A stretch of DNA of 64,000 bases from Candidatus Bathyarchaeia archaeon (GTDB lineage: Archaea > Thermoproteota > Bathyarchaeia > Bathyarchaeales > Bathycorpusculaceae): NCBI GenBank assembly GCA_038883795.1, contig JAVZLK010000001.1, positions 160,001-224,000 of the forward strand. Reading direction: 5' to 3'. The stretch's first letter is position 1; each line of letters begins with the position of its first letter. Shown piece after piece: positions 48,421 to 58,009 of this stretch. The translations under genes were made by a program, and so were the position numbers. A model generated the notes under the pieces. It was not told the origin of the DNA. It searched no databases and was given only the letters and a program-made list of their open reading frames with translations.

Positions 48421-48957
48421 TTAATTTATGTGACTTTTGTTCAGAGGCTTCCTTTTCAGTTCTGTGCCGCATACTTTGCATTTTTTTGATTTGTAGTCTG
48501 CCGGGTATTTTTTGTGACATGCTGGACAATATCTTATCCACCTTAATTGGAAGCGGATGCCAAAAGTGGCCAGGGATGCGAATTCTATACCCAGTAAGTT
48601 TGCAACATTTTGTATTGAATAGTCATCTGTGGCAATTACTGGCGAATAACCGTTCGTTTTGAGTTGTAGGGCTAAGGCCAAAACTTGCTGGTCTGTTTCA
48701 GACAGGTAAAAAGTTTCTCCAGCGGTTGCTGCTGTTGTCTTAACTTTTTCAAGAAATGCCTTGTATGGTTTTCTGACTTTTAGCTTTCCGCTTCCTATGG
48801 CTGTTTTAAATCTTACCCAAGGCATGGTTCCTTCTATTATTTCCTCTCTAACCATTGGAACCGTATATTGGTCTTCGCTTATGGAAGATGGGTCTAAGCC
48901 AACAACGAAGGCTGAAGTGTCTAATACTATAACTCTTCTGTTTGTTTGCCTCGTTAA
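48421..48957 (-). CDS. nob1: Nob1 PIN-domain rRNA maturation endonuclease (non-canonical start)
   Basis: In-frame VIVLDTSAF upstream of first ATG; LSETD, TDDYSIQNVA, CPAC...CKVCG. Confidence 0.9.
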   Translation of the reverse strand, partial: LTRQTNRRVIVLDTSAFVVGLDPSSISEDQYTVPMVREEIIEGTMPWVRFKTAIGSGKLKVRKPYKAFLEKVKTTAATAGETFYLSETDQQVLALALQLKTNGYSPVIATDDYSIQNVANLLGIEFASLATFGIRFQLRWIRYCPACHKKYPADYKSKKCKVCGTELKRKPLNKSHIN

Positions 48958-49802
48958 AGTTTGCCTCCAAGTCCTTTGAAAATAAGCCTATTTCTTAGGC
49001 GACTGTAGAAGTTTTCCTTAAACCGTATAAAAGAGGTTTCATATTTTGAGCGTGTTATGGTTAGGATTGGAAGTTTAGACCTCAAAAGTTGGTGATATTG
49101 CCCGTCAATTAAAACAAGAACTTTTCGCGGTCTTAAAACTTCAACTGTTAAATTTGAATCTGCTGGAAAAACAATTGAACGGAAAACGCTTAAAGAACAT
49201 ATGGGCGTCAAAACAAAAGCCTCCACGCTTGGATCTAAAACTGGTCCTCCGGCGGAAAGTGAATATCCTGTGGACCCTGTTTGTGTAGACACCATTAGGC
49301 CGTCTGATTGAGCGTTTAAAATGGGCTCTTTGTCCTTGAATATTCGGGTGTAGATTATTTTTGCTGGTTCATCAGCCAATATTAACACTTCATTTAGGGC
49401 GTCTGGAAACTTTGTGCCGTCCGCTTCTGTTGATAGTTTCATGCATTTTTCAATGGTGAATTCTCCCTTCAAGCATTTGTCCACCGCCGTAAAGGCTTGT
49501 TTTGGCTCAACCTCTGTTAAGAATCCTCTGACGCCCATATTTATTGCGAGGATTGGTGGTTCCGGTTTTGGGATGGAAACGCATGTTCTTAGGAGGGTTC
49601 CATCTCCGCCGATGGTTATTATAAAGTCTGTTTTCATTTTCTCTAATGGAATGCCCTTTTCTTTTGTTTTCATTTTCTCTATTAACGTGTCTTCTATGTA
49701 AACTTCTAACCCCCTCCCTCGTAGGTATTTTGCCAAATCTTCCGCAAGTTTTATGGCTTTCCTTTTATCAAAGCGTGCGACGAGACCGACGCTTTTAAAC
49801 AA
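48954..49802 (-). CDS. nadK: NAD(+) kinase
   Basis: GGDGT, GFL, ALNE, DG...ST.TGSTGYSLSAGGP. Confidence 0.95.
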   Translation of the reverse strand: MFKSVGLVARFDKRKAIKLAEDLAKYLRGRGLEVYIEDTLIEKMKTKEKGIPLEKMKTDFIITIGGDGTLLRTCVSIPKPEPPILAINMGVRGFLTEVEPKQAFTAVDKCLKGEFTIEKCMKLSTEADGTKFPDALNEVLILADEPAKIIYTRIFKDKEPILNAQSDGLMVSTQTGSTGYSLSAGGPVLDPSVEAFVLTPICSLSVFRSIVFPADSNLTVEVLRPRKVLVLIDGQYHQLLRSKLPILTITRSKYETSFIRFKENFYSRLRNRLIFKGLGGKL

Positions 49803-49898
49803 TTATTTTCACCCTTCAGTATTAGCGACACCTTAATCTATATATGAGTGTTGTTTAAAATTGCTGTGGATAAAAGAATGTAAAAAGTTGGTGGGTGA

Positions 49899-50291
49899 AT
49901 GAGCAAACCCGTAGATGTTGGAAGTCTCCGCGTGGGCGGTTACATCATTGTTGACGGCGAACCCTGCCGCATAGTGGATATAACAAAATCAAAACCTGGA
50001 AAACATGGTTCAGCCAAAGCAAGAATTGTGGCGGTGGGCATTTTTGACGGCGCAAAAAGAAGCCTTGTTAAACCAGTGGATGCCACGGCAGACGTGCCCA
50101 TAATCGAGAAGAGAAGCGGTCAAGTATTTGCCGTAACGCCTTCAAGTCTCCAAATAATGGATTTGGAAACTTATGAGTATTTGGATGCTCCATACCCAGA
50201 AGAAGAGGATTTGAAAGCAAAACTTGCTCCGGGCGTTGAAGTTGAGTATTGGAAGATTCTGGGCAAAGTAAAGATTGTTAGGACAAAATAA
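49899..50291 (+). CDS. eif5a: translation factor aIF5A
   Basis: SKPGKHGSAK hypusine motif. Confidence 0.97.
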   Translation: MSKPVDVGSLRVGGYIIVDGEPCRIVDITKSKPGKHGSAKARIVAVGIFDGAKRSLVKPVDATADVPIIEKRSGQVFAVTPSSLQIMDLETYEYLDAPYPEEEDLKAKLAPGVEVEYWKILGKVKIVRTK

Positions 50292-50358
50292 GCTAAGGGT
50301 TTAAGTTAGAAATTGTCACAAAAATAGTCCATAAATAAGTTTTCCGGGGCTTTACGTT

Positions 50359-50901
50359 TTGGACGCTGTGAAAACCAAGTTGAAGGATGGTAGAATTGTT
50401 CAGATTAGAAAATTTCAGATAGAGGATAAAGAGAAACTTATTGAGATGTATGAGTCTCTTTCAGATGAAGCTGTGCGTTGGGGCTTGCCTCCTTATAATA
50501 GAGAAAGGCTTGAGAGAGGCTGGCTAAGCAATTTACAAAATCTAATAGCTATTGTGGCTTTTTATAAAAATAAGATAGTGGGGCATGCTCAAATTTTTAA
50601 ATTCCCTCATCCCCGAAGGAAAGGCACAGGCGACCTTGTCATCTATCTTCACCAAGATTTCCATAACGTGGGATTAGGAACAGCAATGCTTACTAAACTG
50701 ATAGAACTTGCGAAAAAGGAAGGAATGCATAGAATAGGCTTGGATGTTATAGCAGACAACAAACTAGCTATTCGTCTCTACCAAAAATTTGGTTTCAAAA
50801 TTGAAGGGATGAAAAAAGAGGCGTATTTTGGGGAAGATGGGAAATATCATGACGAGCTTGTTATGGGTTTAATCCTTTCTAACTCCACCAATCCCAATTA
50901 A
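50359..50901 (+). CDS. GNAT acetyltransferase (RimJ/L-like)
   Basis: FHNVGLGTAML, N..AIRLYQKFGF..EG. Confidence 0.88.
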   Translation: MDAVKTKLKDGRIVQIRKFQIEDKEKLIEMYESLSDEAVRWGLPPYNRERLERGWLSNLQNLIAIVAFYKNKIVGHAQIFKFPHPRRKGTGDLVIYLHQDFHNVGLGTAMLTKLIELAKKEGMHRIGLDVIADNKLAIRLYQKFGFKIEGMKKEAYFGEDGKYHDELVMGLILSNSTNPN

Positions 50902-51079
50902 GTCTTTTAAAGCCTACATAAAGGATTAGAAGGATTACTCCCCAGCTTAATGCGATGCCAGCAACCTCCAATATTAACTCTTGGCGGAGATAGGTGTAAC
51001 TTGACCAAGCGCTTATTCCACATAAACCAACTAAGAGCAGAAGAAACATTGCAAAGTGAATCGCCTTTTCCGTCGCCAT
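50879..51079 (-). CDS. small 2-TM membrane protein
   Basis: 66 aa, two hydrophobic helices. Confidence 0.55.
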   Translation of the reverse strand: MATEKAIHFAMFLLLLVGLCGISAWSSYTYLRQELILEVAGIALSWGVILLILYVGFKRLNWDWWS

Positions 51080-51180
51080 TCTAATCCGCTCTTCAGACTA
51101 TTTTACGAGTTTAACGTGGTTTATGGTTAAAATAATTTTCCATCAAAGTTTTTATTTTCGGTTTTCTGTAATAAATAATT

Positions 51181-51249
51181 TGGAGCCGATGATGCAAGAA
51201 GAGCCGTCGGATTTATGACGACGCTTGTAAACCCAGCGCTGAGGCTTCA
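51181..51249 (+). ncRNA. C/D-box sRNA (2'-O-methylation guide)
   Basis: Terminal stem TGGAGCC/GGCTTCA; C ATGATGC 51189, D' CGGA 51208, C' ATGACGA 51215, D CTGA 51239; both guides complementary to conserved 23S domain V sequences. Confidence 0.85.
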
Positions 51250-51253
51250 GCTT

Positions 51254-51697
51254 CTATTCTACTGGAATAAGGTATCCATGTTTTCTTGGTAAACGAACTT
51301 CCAAGATTCCTTTTTTGAAGCGAACTTCCATTTTATCCATATCCACTGACACTGGGATGCGAGTGCTGCAGTGGAATGTTTGGAATTCGCCTTTGTAGTG
51401 GGTTATGCCGAAATCGTCAAAACGTATTTTCCTTTTCAGTTTTGCCGTTATTTCTATAGTATTTTTGTCTAAAGGTTTAACTTGTATCGTGTTTTCTTCT
51501 GTGTAGGGCAAATCCACGGTTACGATTACTTCTGTCGGCGTTACCATTATGTCTCTGAGCGGTTCCATAGTGCAAGTTTTTTGGTTCCAACTTGGTCTCT
51601 CGAATAATCTTTCGCTTAACTCTTCAGCCCATTCTTCCAAATTTTCAAAGTATTCGTCAATAATGTCAAAGAATGAACGTCTCTTTTTGGTTGCCAT
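51254..51697 (-). CDS. small heat shock protein Hsp20
   Basis: VDLP, F...RIP..VD, FKKGILEVRLPR. Confidence 0.88.
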   Translation of the reverse strand: MATKKRRSFFDIIDEYFENLEEWAEELSERLFERPSWNQKTCTMEPLRDIMVTPTEVIVTVDLPYTEENTIQVKPLDKNTIEITAKLKRKIRFDDFGITHYKGEFQTFHCSTRIPVSVDMDKMEVRFKKGILEVRLPRKHGYLIPVE

Positions 51698-51712
51698 TGC
51701 GATGTTTCCTCC

Positions 51713-52462
51713 TTAAGATATGTATAATGGAATGTCATACTCTTGCGTTTTCTTCATTTTTGACATCTCCTGTTGGGTTCGCCTCATAACATCCCTAGCC
51801 CTTAAACGAATCTCCTCACCTTTTTCTAATAGTTTTGAAACATCAACTTTTATTCCCGTTATATTTGCTAATCCCTTTAGAACTTCCGCTGCAGCTTCGG
51901 GATCTGGATAATTTAGGAAGCATTGGGCGAGCAATGTTATGGCTGGCAAACCCATGGTGGCGCAGCGTTGAAGCATAATTGCTTGTGGACCAACCATGTA
52001 TCCTTCCTGCAATATTTCTATTTCTTTTTCCTTAAGCATTTTCAGCATTTCTGGGCTTGAAGCGGCAGCAAAAACTTTCAATTCTTTTAGGTCTTGTCTG
52101 TCTTGTACGGGAATTCCGCTAAGCGAAATCATCATTTTAACATTTTTGCTCTTTCCCCAATCGATTAATGTATCCATTATTGGATAGATTACGTCGGCTG
52201 GTATGGCGGTTTCTGAAACAGCTAAAAGGATGTTGCTGTTTCCAAAAATTCTTATGGGCGAATGAGGCAGTCCTTCATGTAAAACAATTAGGGGCGGTAG
52301 AAGTTTTGAATCCATGTAGGCTAGTTCCTCCATACCCTCTAGTTCTGATATCAAATGTGAGGCAGCTATAACACCAACCAACCCCACGTCTGGAAAACCA
52401 AAAAGCATAACAGCGCCCGATGGAATCTCTTTCTTTTCTATAATCTTAACTTCTCCACTCAC
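51713..52462 (-). CDS. proteasome assembly chaperone (PAC2/PbaA-B family)
   Basis: GFPDVGLVGVIAA, PDPEAA, C-terminal LYIS. Confidence 0.88.
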   Translation of the reverse strand: MSGEVKIIEKKEIPSGAVMLFGFPDVGLVGVIAASHLISELEGMEELAYMDSKLLPPLIVLHEGLPHSPIRIFGNSNILLAVSETAIPADVIYPIMDTLIDWGKSKNVKMMISLSGIPVQDRQDLKELKVFAAASSPEMLKMLKEKEIEILQEGYMVGPQAIMLQRCATMGLPAITLLAQCFLNYPDPEAAAEVLKGLANITGIKVDVSKLLEKGEEIRLRARDVMRRTQQEMSKMKKTQEYDIPLYIS

Positions 52463-52577
52463 ACCAATTACCTCACAACATTTCATTAAGGGGGCAATGT
52501 AAAAAGTTTATGGAATCCAGCCGTGAAGAACGGAATACCTATTTAAGGATGTAGTTTGTTCTTAAATCTGGAGAAAA

Positions 52578-53912
52578 ATGGCTTTAGAACGTTTAGGCTC
52601 CACGCTTTACGAAGCCCTAAGAAAGATTTTCAGGGCATCCGTTGTAGATGAGGCTGCTGTCAAAGAGCTGGTCCGCGATGTGCAACGGGCTTTGCTCCAA
52701 GCAGACGTTAACGTTCAGCTTGTCCTTGACATTTCTAAGCGCATAGAAGAGAGGGCGTTAAAAGAGCAGCTTCCGCCGGGCATCTCAAGACGGGAGCATG
52801 TGATAAAGGTTGTTTATGAAGAGTTAACCCGTTTCTTAGGTGAAAAACCAGTTCCATTAAAAGTGGAGCCTGGGAAAAAGTTTACCATAATGCTTGTCGG
52901 CATCCAAGGCTCTGGAAAAACAACAGCCGCAGCAAAACTTGCCAGATACTTCCAAAAGAAAGGTCTTAAACCAGCCCTAATATGTGCAGACACTTATCGC
53001 CCCGGAGCCTACGCACAACTTCAACAGTTAGCAAATAGGATAAACGTGCCGTTATATGGGGACTTAAAAGCTAAAGACCCGGTTAAAATAGCGCTTGAAG
53101 GAATAAGGCAATTCAATGATAAGGAAGTGATAATTATTGACACTGCTGGGCGTCACAAAGAAGAACAAGAACTTATTAAAGAGATGAAAATGCTTGAAAG
53201 AAACATACAGCCAGACGAGGTTATGTTGGTTATTGATGGAACCATAGGTCAACAAGCCATGGTTCAAGCTAAAGCCTTCAACGAAGCCACACCAATAGGC
53301 TCGATAATCGTAACAAAACTTGACGGTTCAGCCAGAGGAGGCGGAGCCCTCTCAGCTGTTGCAGCCACAGGCGCACCAATAAAATTCATCAGTACAGGCG
53401 AAAAAGTGGAAGACATAGAACCTTTTGTTCCGTCCCGCTTTGTTGGAAGACTATTGGGCATGGGTGATTTGGAAACACTTCTTGAAAAGGTGCGTGAAGC
53501 GGAAATAAAGGTTCCAGAAAAGAAGGCCAAGGCAATTCTAAGCGGCAAATTCACCCTAACAGACATGTACGAACAGTTTGAAGCCATGAAAGGCATGGGA
53601 CCTTTCAGAAAACTTTTGAAGATGCTTCCAGGCATGTCTTATGATATTCCAGAAGACGCTTTAAACATGGCTGAAGACCGCTTAGAAAAGTGGCGGGTGA
53701 TGATTCAATCAATGACGCCTGAAGAAAGGGATGACCCGAAGAAATTCAATGCTTCAAGAATAAGGCGAGTAGCAAGGGGTTCTGGAACAAGCGAAAAAGA
53801 AGTGAAAGAACTCATAAAGCAATATTTTCTGATGCGTCGCATGCTGAAGAGTTTGCGAAGAAAAAAGAAGTTGCCATTCTTTGGGAAAAAGTTGCCCCTT
53901 GACATAAGTTAA
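52578..53912 (+). CDS. srp54: signal recognition particle protein SRP54
   Basis: GIQGSGKTT, DTAGRH, TKLDG, M domain SRIRRVARGSG. Confidence 0.97.
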   Translation: MALERLGSTLYEALRKIFRASVVDEAAVKELVRDVQRALLQADVNVQLVLDISKRIEERALKEQLPPGISRREHVIKVVYEELTRFLGEKPVPLKVEPGKKFTIMLVGIQGSGKTTAAAKLARYFQKKGLKPALICADTYRPGAYAQLQQLANRINVPLYGDLKAKDPVKIALEGIRQFNDKEVIIIDTAGRHKEEQELIKEMKMLERNIQPDEVMLVIDGTIGQQAMVQAKAFNEATPIGSIIVTKLDGSARGGGALSAVAATGAPIKFISTGEKVEDIEPFVPSRFVGRLLGMGDLETLLEKVREAEIKVPEKKAKAILSGKFTLTDMYEQFEAMKGMGPFRKLLKMLPGMSYDIPEDALNMAEDRLEKWRVMIQSMTPEERDDPKKFNASRIRRVARGSGTSEKEVKELIKQYFLMRRMLKSLRRKKKLPFFGKKLPLDIS

Positions 53913-53940
53913 ACTGGACGAGAATTCGAAGGATTGCTTT

Positions 53941-55275
53941 ATGGAAATTTTGAACAAAGCCTTAGAAATGCTTGAAAAACATCCCTTATGCGACCACTGC
54001 TTGGGAAGACAGTTTGCCCTCCTTGGGCATAACGTTGAAAATGATGAACGTGGGAGAGCGCTAAAACTAAGCTTAACTCTCCAAGCGCATATGTTGGCTC
54101 TCTCAAAGAAAAAGGAAGGCGTGAAAATTCTGAAAATTCTAGCAACCAACGGTTTCTTTGAAACAGCAGCGGAATTACTGCAAAAAATGAAGAAACATGT
54201 TATGGCAAAAGGTGTTCCGAAAGTGTGCTTTTTATGCGAAGGCAAATTCAAAGCTCTGGACGAAATAGCGAAAAAGGCTCTCAAAGAAATTGATGGTTAT
54301 GAATATGGTAGTTTCTTGGTTGGAATAGAATTGCCTGTGACTGTGGAGGAGCGGGAAGACGAATTTAGGGCTGAGTTTGATGTTTTTTATAGCGAAAACC
54401 TGCGGAACGAATTTGGCAGAGCTTTGGGAAAGAAGATTGCTGAGCAGAGTGGAAAAACTGTTGATTATAGAAAACCAGACATAGTTTTGCTCATAAACCC
54501 CTTCACTGAAAAAGTAAAGCTTCAACCAAACCCACTCTACATTGCCGGGCGCTACAAAAAACTTGTGAGGGGAATACCCCAATCAAAATGGTTCTGCTCC
54601 AACTGTCATGGAAAAGGATGTGAAAAGTGCAATTGGACTGGAAAAATGTATCCCGAATCAGTGGAAGAAATAATTGCAAAACCCTTTCTAGAAGCAACTG
54701 GAGGCACTAAAGCATCCTTTCACGCTGGCGGAAGAGAAGACATTGACGCCCGCATGCTTGGCAAAGGCAGACCCTTCATAATCCAAATCACAAAACCCAA
54801 AAAACGCTTCATAGATCTCGAAAAAATGGAAGAAATCGTCAATTCTTATGCCAAAGGTAAAGTTGCAATTTCCCATCTGCATTTTGCAGATAAAGCCGCT
54901 GTCCGCCGGCTGAAAAAGGCGGAATCTTCGCAAAAAGAATACCGCGTAATTGTAGAGTTTGAAAACAAAGTTTCAACCGAAGACCTGCGTCTTCTTGAAG
55001 GAAAGTTAACGGGTGCTGTAGTTAAGCAAAGAACGCCTTTGCGTGTTTTGCATAGACGGGCGGATTTGACACGGGAAAAGTACATATACGAGGTTAAAGT
55101 AAAGAAGTTGTCGCCTAAAAAGGTTGAAATGAAAATACGTTGTCAAGGAGGGCTGTATGTTAAAGAATTGGTGACTGGAGATGAGGGAAGAACCACGCCA
55201 AACGTTTCAGAAATTCTCAAAAACAAAGCAAAGCCCATAAAGCTTGATGTTTTAGACGTTATTATGGAAGATTAA
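53941..55275 (+). CDS. pus10: tRNA pseudouridine(54/55) synthase Pus10
   Basis: LCDHCLGR, GREDIDARMLG.GRPF, QRTP.RV.HRR, GLYVKEL. Confidence 0.96.
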   Translation: MEILNKALEMLEKHPLCDHCLGRQFALLGHNVENDERGRALKLSLTLQAHMLALSKKKEGVKILKILATNGFFETAAELLQKMKKHVMAKGVPKVCFLCEGKFKALDEIAKKALKEIDGYEYGSFLVGIELPVTVEEREDEFRAEFDVFYSENLRNEFGRALGKKIAEQSGKTVDYRKPDIVLLINPFTEKVKLQPNPLYIAGRYKKLVRGIPQSKWFCSNCHGKGCEKCNWTGKMYPESVEEIIAKPFLEATGGTKASFHAGGREDIDARMLGKGRPFIIQITKPKKRFIDLEKMEEIVNSYAKGKVAISHLHFADKAAVRRLKKAESSQKEYRVIVEFENKVSTEDLRLLEGKLTGAVVKQRTPLRVLHRRADLTREKYIYEVKVKKLSPKKVEMKIRCQGGLYVKELVTGDEGRTTPNVSEILKNKAKPIKLDVLDVIMED

Positions 55276-55286
55276 ATGGTGAGAAA

Positions 55287-55583
55287 ATGAAGAAATCAAA
55301 AGGATACCGCACGAGAACACGGCGCCTTTTAAAAAAGGAGCCCAGAGAGCGGGGCAAAATAAGAATAAGCAAGCTTCTACACGAGTATGCGCCTGGAAGC
55401 CCGGTGGTCATCAAAATTGACCCCAGCGTACACAAGGGTATGCCCCACAAACGTTATCATGGTAAAATCGGCAAAGTAATCGAAAAAAGAGGCAGAAGCT
55501 ATATCGTAAGTGTCACCCAAGGAGACGCCATTAAGGAAATTATTGTTAGACCCGAACATTTAGAACCATATAAAAGTGATTGA
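55287..55583 (+). CDS. rpl21e: 50S ribosomal protein eL21
   Basis: SKGYRTRTR, GMPHKRYHG, RPEHL. Confidence 0.96.
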   Translation: MKKSKGYRTRTRRLLKKEPRERGKIRISKLLHEYAPGSPVVIKIDPSVHKGMPHKRYHGKIGKVIEKRGRSYIVSVTQGDAIKEIIVRPEHLEPYKSD

Positions 55584-55584
55584 A

Positions 55585-55923
55585 ATGTCAAAGAGCAGTA
55601 TGCCGGAAAAGAAACTCACCCTTCCAGAAGTCAAAAAAATATTGGAGTCTATAGGCGAAGAAAAATTAGACCAGTTCCAACGCCGCACTCTTGATTACGT
55701 ATCCAAATTCTCTAAGGTGGATGCTGAAGCAGCTGAACAACTTGTAGAAAAGCTTGTGAAAGAATTTGGTTTAGATGAGGAAGAAGCTGTTTCAGTGGTA
55801 AATTGTATGCCAAAAAGTGTTGACGAATTGAGGGTTTTTCTTGCTGGTGGCCGCAAAATTATTGAAGTCTCAAAGTTAGAAGCCATAGTTAACCTTTTGA
55901 ATGAACATCGGAAATTAAAATAG
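55585..55923 (+). CDS. rpo4: RNA polymerase subunit Rpo4 (F)
   Basis: LTLPEVKKIL, Q.RTLDY..KF, VNCMP...ELR; rpl21e-rpo4-DUF655-ksgA order. Confidence 0.9.
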   Translation: MSKSSMPEKKLTLPEVKKILESIGEEKLDQFQRRTLDYVSKFSKVDAEAAEQLVEKLVKEFGLDEEEAVSVVNCMPKSVDELRVFLAGGRKIIEVSKLEAIVNLLNEHRKLK

Positions 55924-55969
55924 CTTTTTACCACAATTTTTAAGCAGCTAAAAGAAGATAAAGGCGGAT

Positions 55970-56539
55970 ATGATGGAGAAGCGCTACGAAGAGTACGCCT
56001 ACGTTCTAGATTTTCTTCCCCATGGCAGACCAGGGGTAAGGGTTTCTGGTAGGGCTGGTTATCGAGCTGGAGCCTTGGTTCAGTTGGTTGGTGAGGAGTT
56101 TTTCACTCTTCTTGAGGCGCTTGTGAAGGAGGGTGTGACGCTTAAGCCTTATGACCGCGTTTATGTTGGTAAGGATGCCCGCGAGGAAATAACGTATATT
56201 ATTGGGCGGGTAAGTTATGAGGAGTTAACTGCGGCGGCAAAAATGGAGCTTCCTTCTGTGATTAGTCGAATAGTTTTAAATCGTGAACAATGGTTCATAA
56301 ACTTCTTTAACACTGCGCAGGCTGTAACGCCGCGGATGCATGCGTTGGAGTTGATTCCTGGGATTGGTAAAAAGTATATGTGGCAAGTTATAAATGAACG
56401 GGAGAAAAAGCCTTTCGAAAGCTTTGATGATTTGCAAAAGCGAACGGAGCTGCCTAATCCTGTTAAGTTGATTACTAAGAGGATTTTGGAAGAGTTGGCT
56501 GGTGAGAGCAAGTATCGCCTTTTTACGAGGGCACAATAA
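55970..56539 (+). CDS. DUF655 putative RNA-binding protein
   Basis: YVLDFL, F.LLE, RMHALELIPGIGKK. Confidence 0.92.
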   Translation: MMEKRYEEYAYVLDFLPHGRPGVRVSGRAGYRAGALVQLVGEEFFTLLEALVKEGVTLKPYDRVYVGKDAREEITYIIGRVSYEELTAAAKMELPSVISRIVLNREQWFINFFNTAQAVTPRMHALELIPGIGKKYMWQVINEREKKPFESFDDLQKRTELPNPVKLITKRILEELAGESKYRLFTRAQ

Positions 56540-56567
56540 CATAAAGTGAGTGTGTTAACGAGATAAA

Positions 56568-57386
56568 ATGAGTCTTTTAGAAAGAACGAAGTTTCTGCTT
56601 CGAAAGCATCGAATATATCCGAAGAAAAGTTTGGGGCAAAACTTTCTAATAGACTCTTCAATTTTTCAGCTTTTAGCCGATTATTGTTCGTTAAATTCTA
56701 AGGATGTGGTGTTAGATATTGGCGCGGGACTTGGTTTTCTGACTCGCTTTTTGGCTGGCTTAAGCGGCGAAGTTTTGGCTGTGGAATCTGACAAGAGGCT
56801 TGTGAAGGCTCTGAAGGAGCAACTCAAGGATTTGTCTAATGTGAAAATATTTTGGGGTGATGTATTAAAAGTGAAGCTCCCATACTTCAATAAAATTGTT
56901 TCAATTCCTCCTTACCATATCTCTTCGCCCTTAATTTTGTGGCTTTTTAGCAAGGATTTCGATTGTGCAGTTTTCATTTTTCAAAAGGAGTTTGCACATC
57001 GCCTTTCCGCGTTTGTTGGAAGCGAAAATTATGGGTGGTTGGCGGTTGTTGCTTATTACTATGTTGATGTTGAAGTTTTTGATGATGTGCCCAAATGGAT
57101 GTTTTATCCACAGCCAGAAGTTGACTCTGTTATTGTGCGTTTAAAACCGAAAAAGCCAAAACCTTTCAATTTGAAAAGCGAAGACTTTATTCGTTTGGCG
57201 CAATCGCTTTTTACGCATCGCAATAGAAAGGTTAGAAATGCAATTTTGCCGTTCCTAAAAGGTTTGTGTGGCATAAAAGCTGATGAGGCGGTTAAGAAAA
57301 TTGAGAATCTCCCTTTTTACAACAAACGAGTGAGGGAGTTGGCGCCTGAGGATTTTGGAGTGTTGGCGAATGCTCTTGTCAGATAG
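56568..57386 (+). CDS. ksgA: 16S rRNA dimethyladenosine transferase
   Basis: LGQNFLID, DIGAGLG, PPYHIS, FYPQPEVDS. Confidence 0.94.
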   Translation: MSLLERTKFLLRKHRIYPKKSLGQNFLIDSSIFQLLADYCSLNSKDVVLDIGAGLGFLTRFLAGLSGEVLAVESDKRLVKALKEQLKDLSNVKIFWGDVLKVKLPYFNKIVSIPPYHISSPLILWLFSKDFDCAVFIFQKEFAHRLSAFVGSENYGWLAVVAYYYVDVEVFDDVPKWMFYPQPEVDSVIVRLKPKKPKPFNLKSEDFIRLAQSLFTHRNRKVRNAILPFLKGLCGIKADEAVKKIENLPFYNKRVRELAPEDFGVLANALVR

Positions 57387-57984
57387 GAAGGTGTTTTTTG
57401 AAGGTTACGTTTTCTATGTGTCGGAAAATGTTTACGAGCCGGCTGAAGATTCGTTCCTTTTTGCTGAGAATTTAAAGGTTAGGGAAGACGCTTTGGTTCT
57501 TGACATGGGTACTGGATGCGGCATATTGGGCATAATTGCTGCAGCGAAAGCATCTCATGTGCTTGCCATTGACATAAACCCTTACGCTGTTCGATGCGCA
57601 AAGGAAAATGCAAAACTGAACCATGTTTTGAATAAAATGTCCTTTATACAAGGCGATTTGTTCTCGCCACTACGGAAGGAGGAAATGTTTGATTTAATCC
57701 TTTTTAATGCGCCTTACTTGCCTACAAAAGGTAGAAAAACCGATTTTTGGCTTGAGCGAGCTTGGGCTGGTGGAAAAAAGGGTAGGGAAGTTATTGACCT
57801 TTTCATAAATGAAGCGCCGAAGTATCTGAGACCTGAAGGGGTTATTCTTTTGATGCAGTCATCGCTTTCTAATGTTAACGAAACATTGCAAAAGTTTGGA
57901 AGGAATGGTTTAAAGGCGAATGTGATCGCTAAGAAGGCTTTGCCCTTTTTTGAAACATTGTTTCTTATGCGGGCGGAGCGGTAG
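57370..57984 (+). CDS. HemK2/PrmC-like methyltransferase
   Basis: VYEPAEDSFL, DMGTGCG, FNAPY, GG..GR. Confidence 0.9.
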   Translation: MLLSDRKVFFEGYVFYVSENVYEPAEDSFLFAENLKVREDALVLDMGTGCGILGIIAAAKASHVLAIDINPYAVRCAKENAKLNHVLNKMSFIQGDLFSPLRKEEMFDLILFNAPYLPTKGRKTDFWLERAWAGGKKGREVIDLFINEAPKYLRPEGVILLMQSSLSNVNETLQKFGRNGLKANVIAKKALPFFETLFLMRAER

Positions 57985-58009
57985 ATTAATCTGCTTATGT
58001 TGCTAATAT

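Noticed and set aside
52487-52577. SRP RNA near srp54
   Set aside because: Gap too short, and no helix 8 motif seen in intergenic regions
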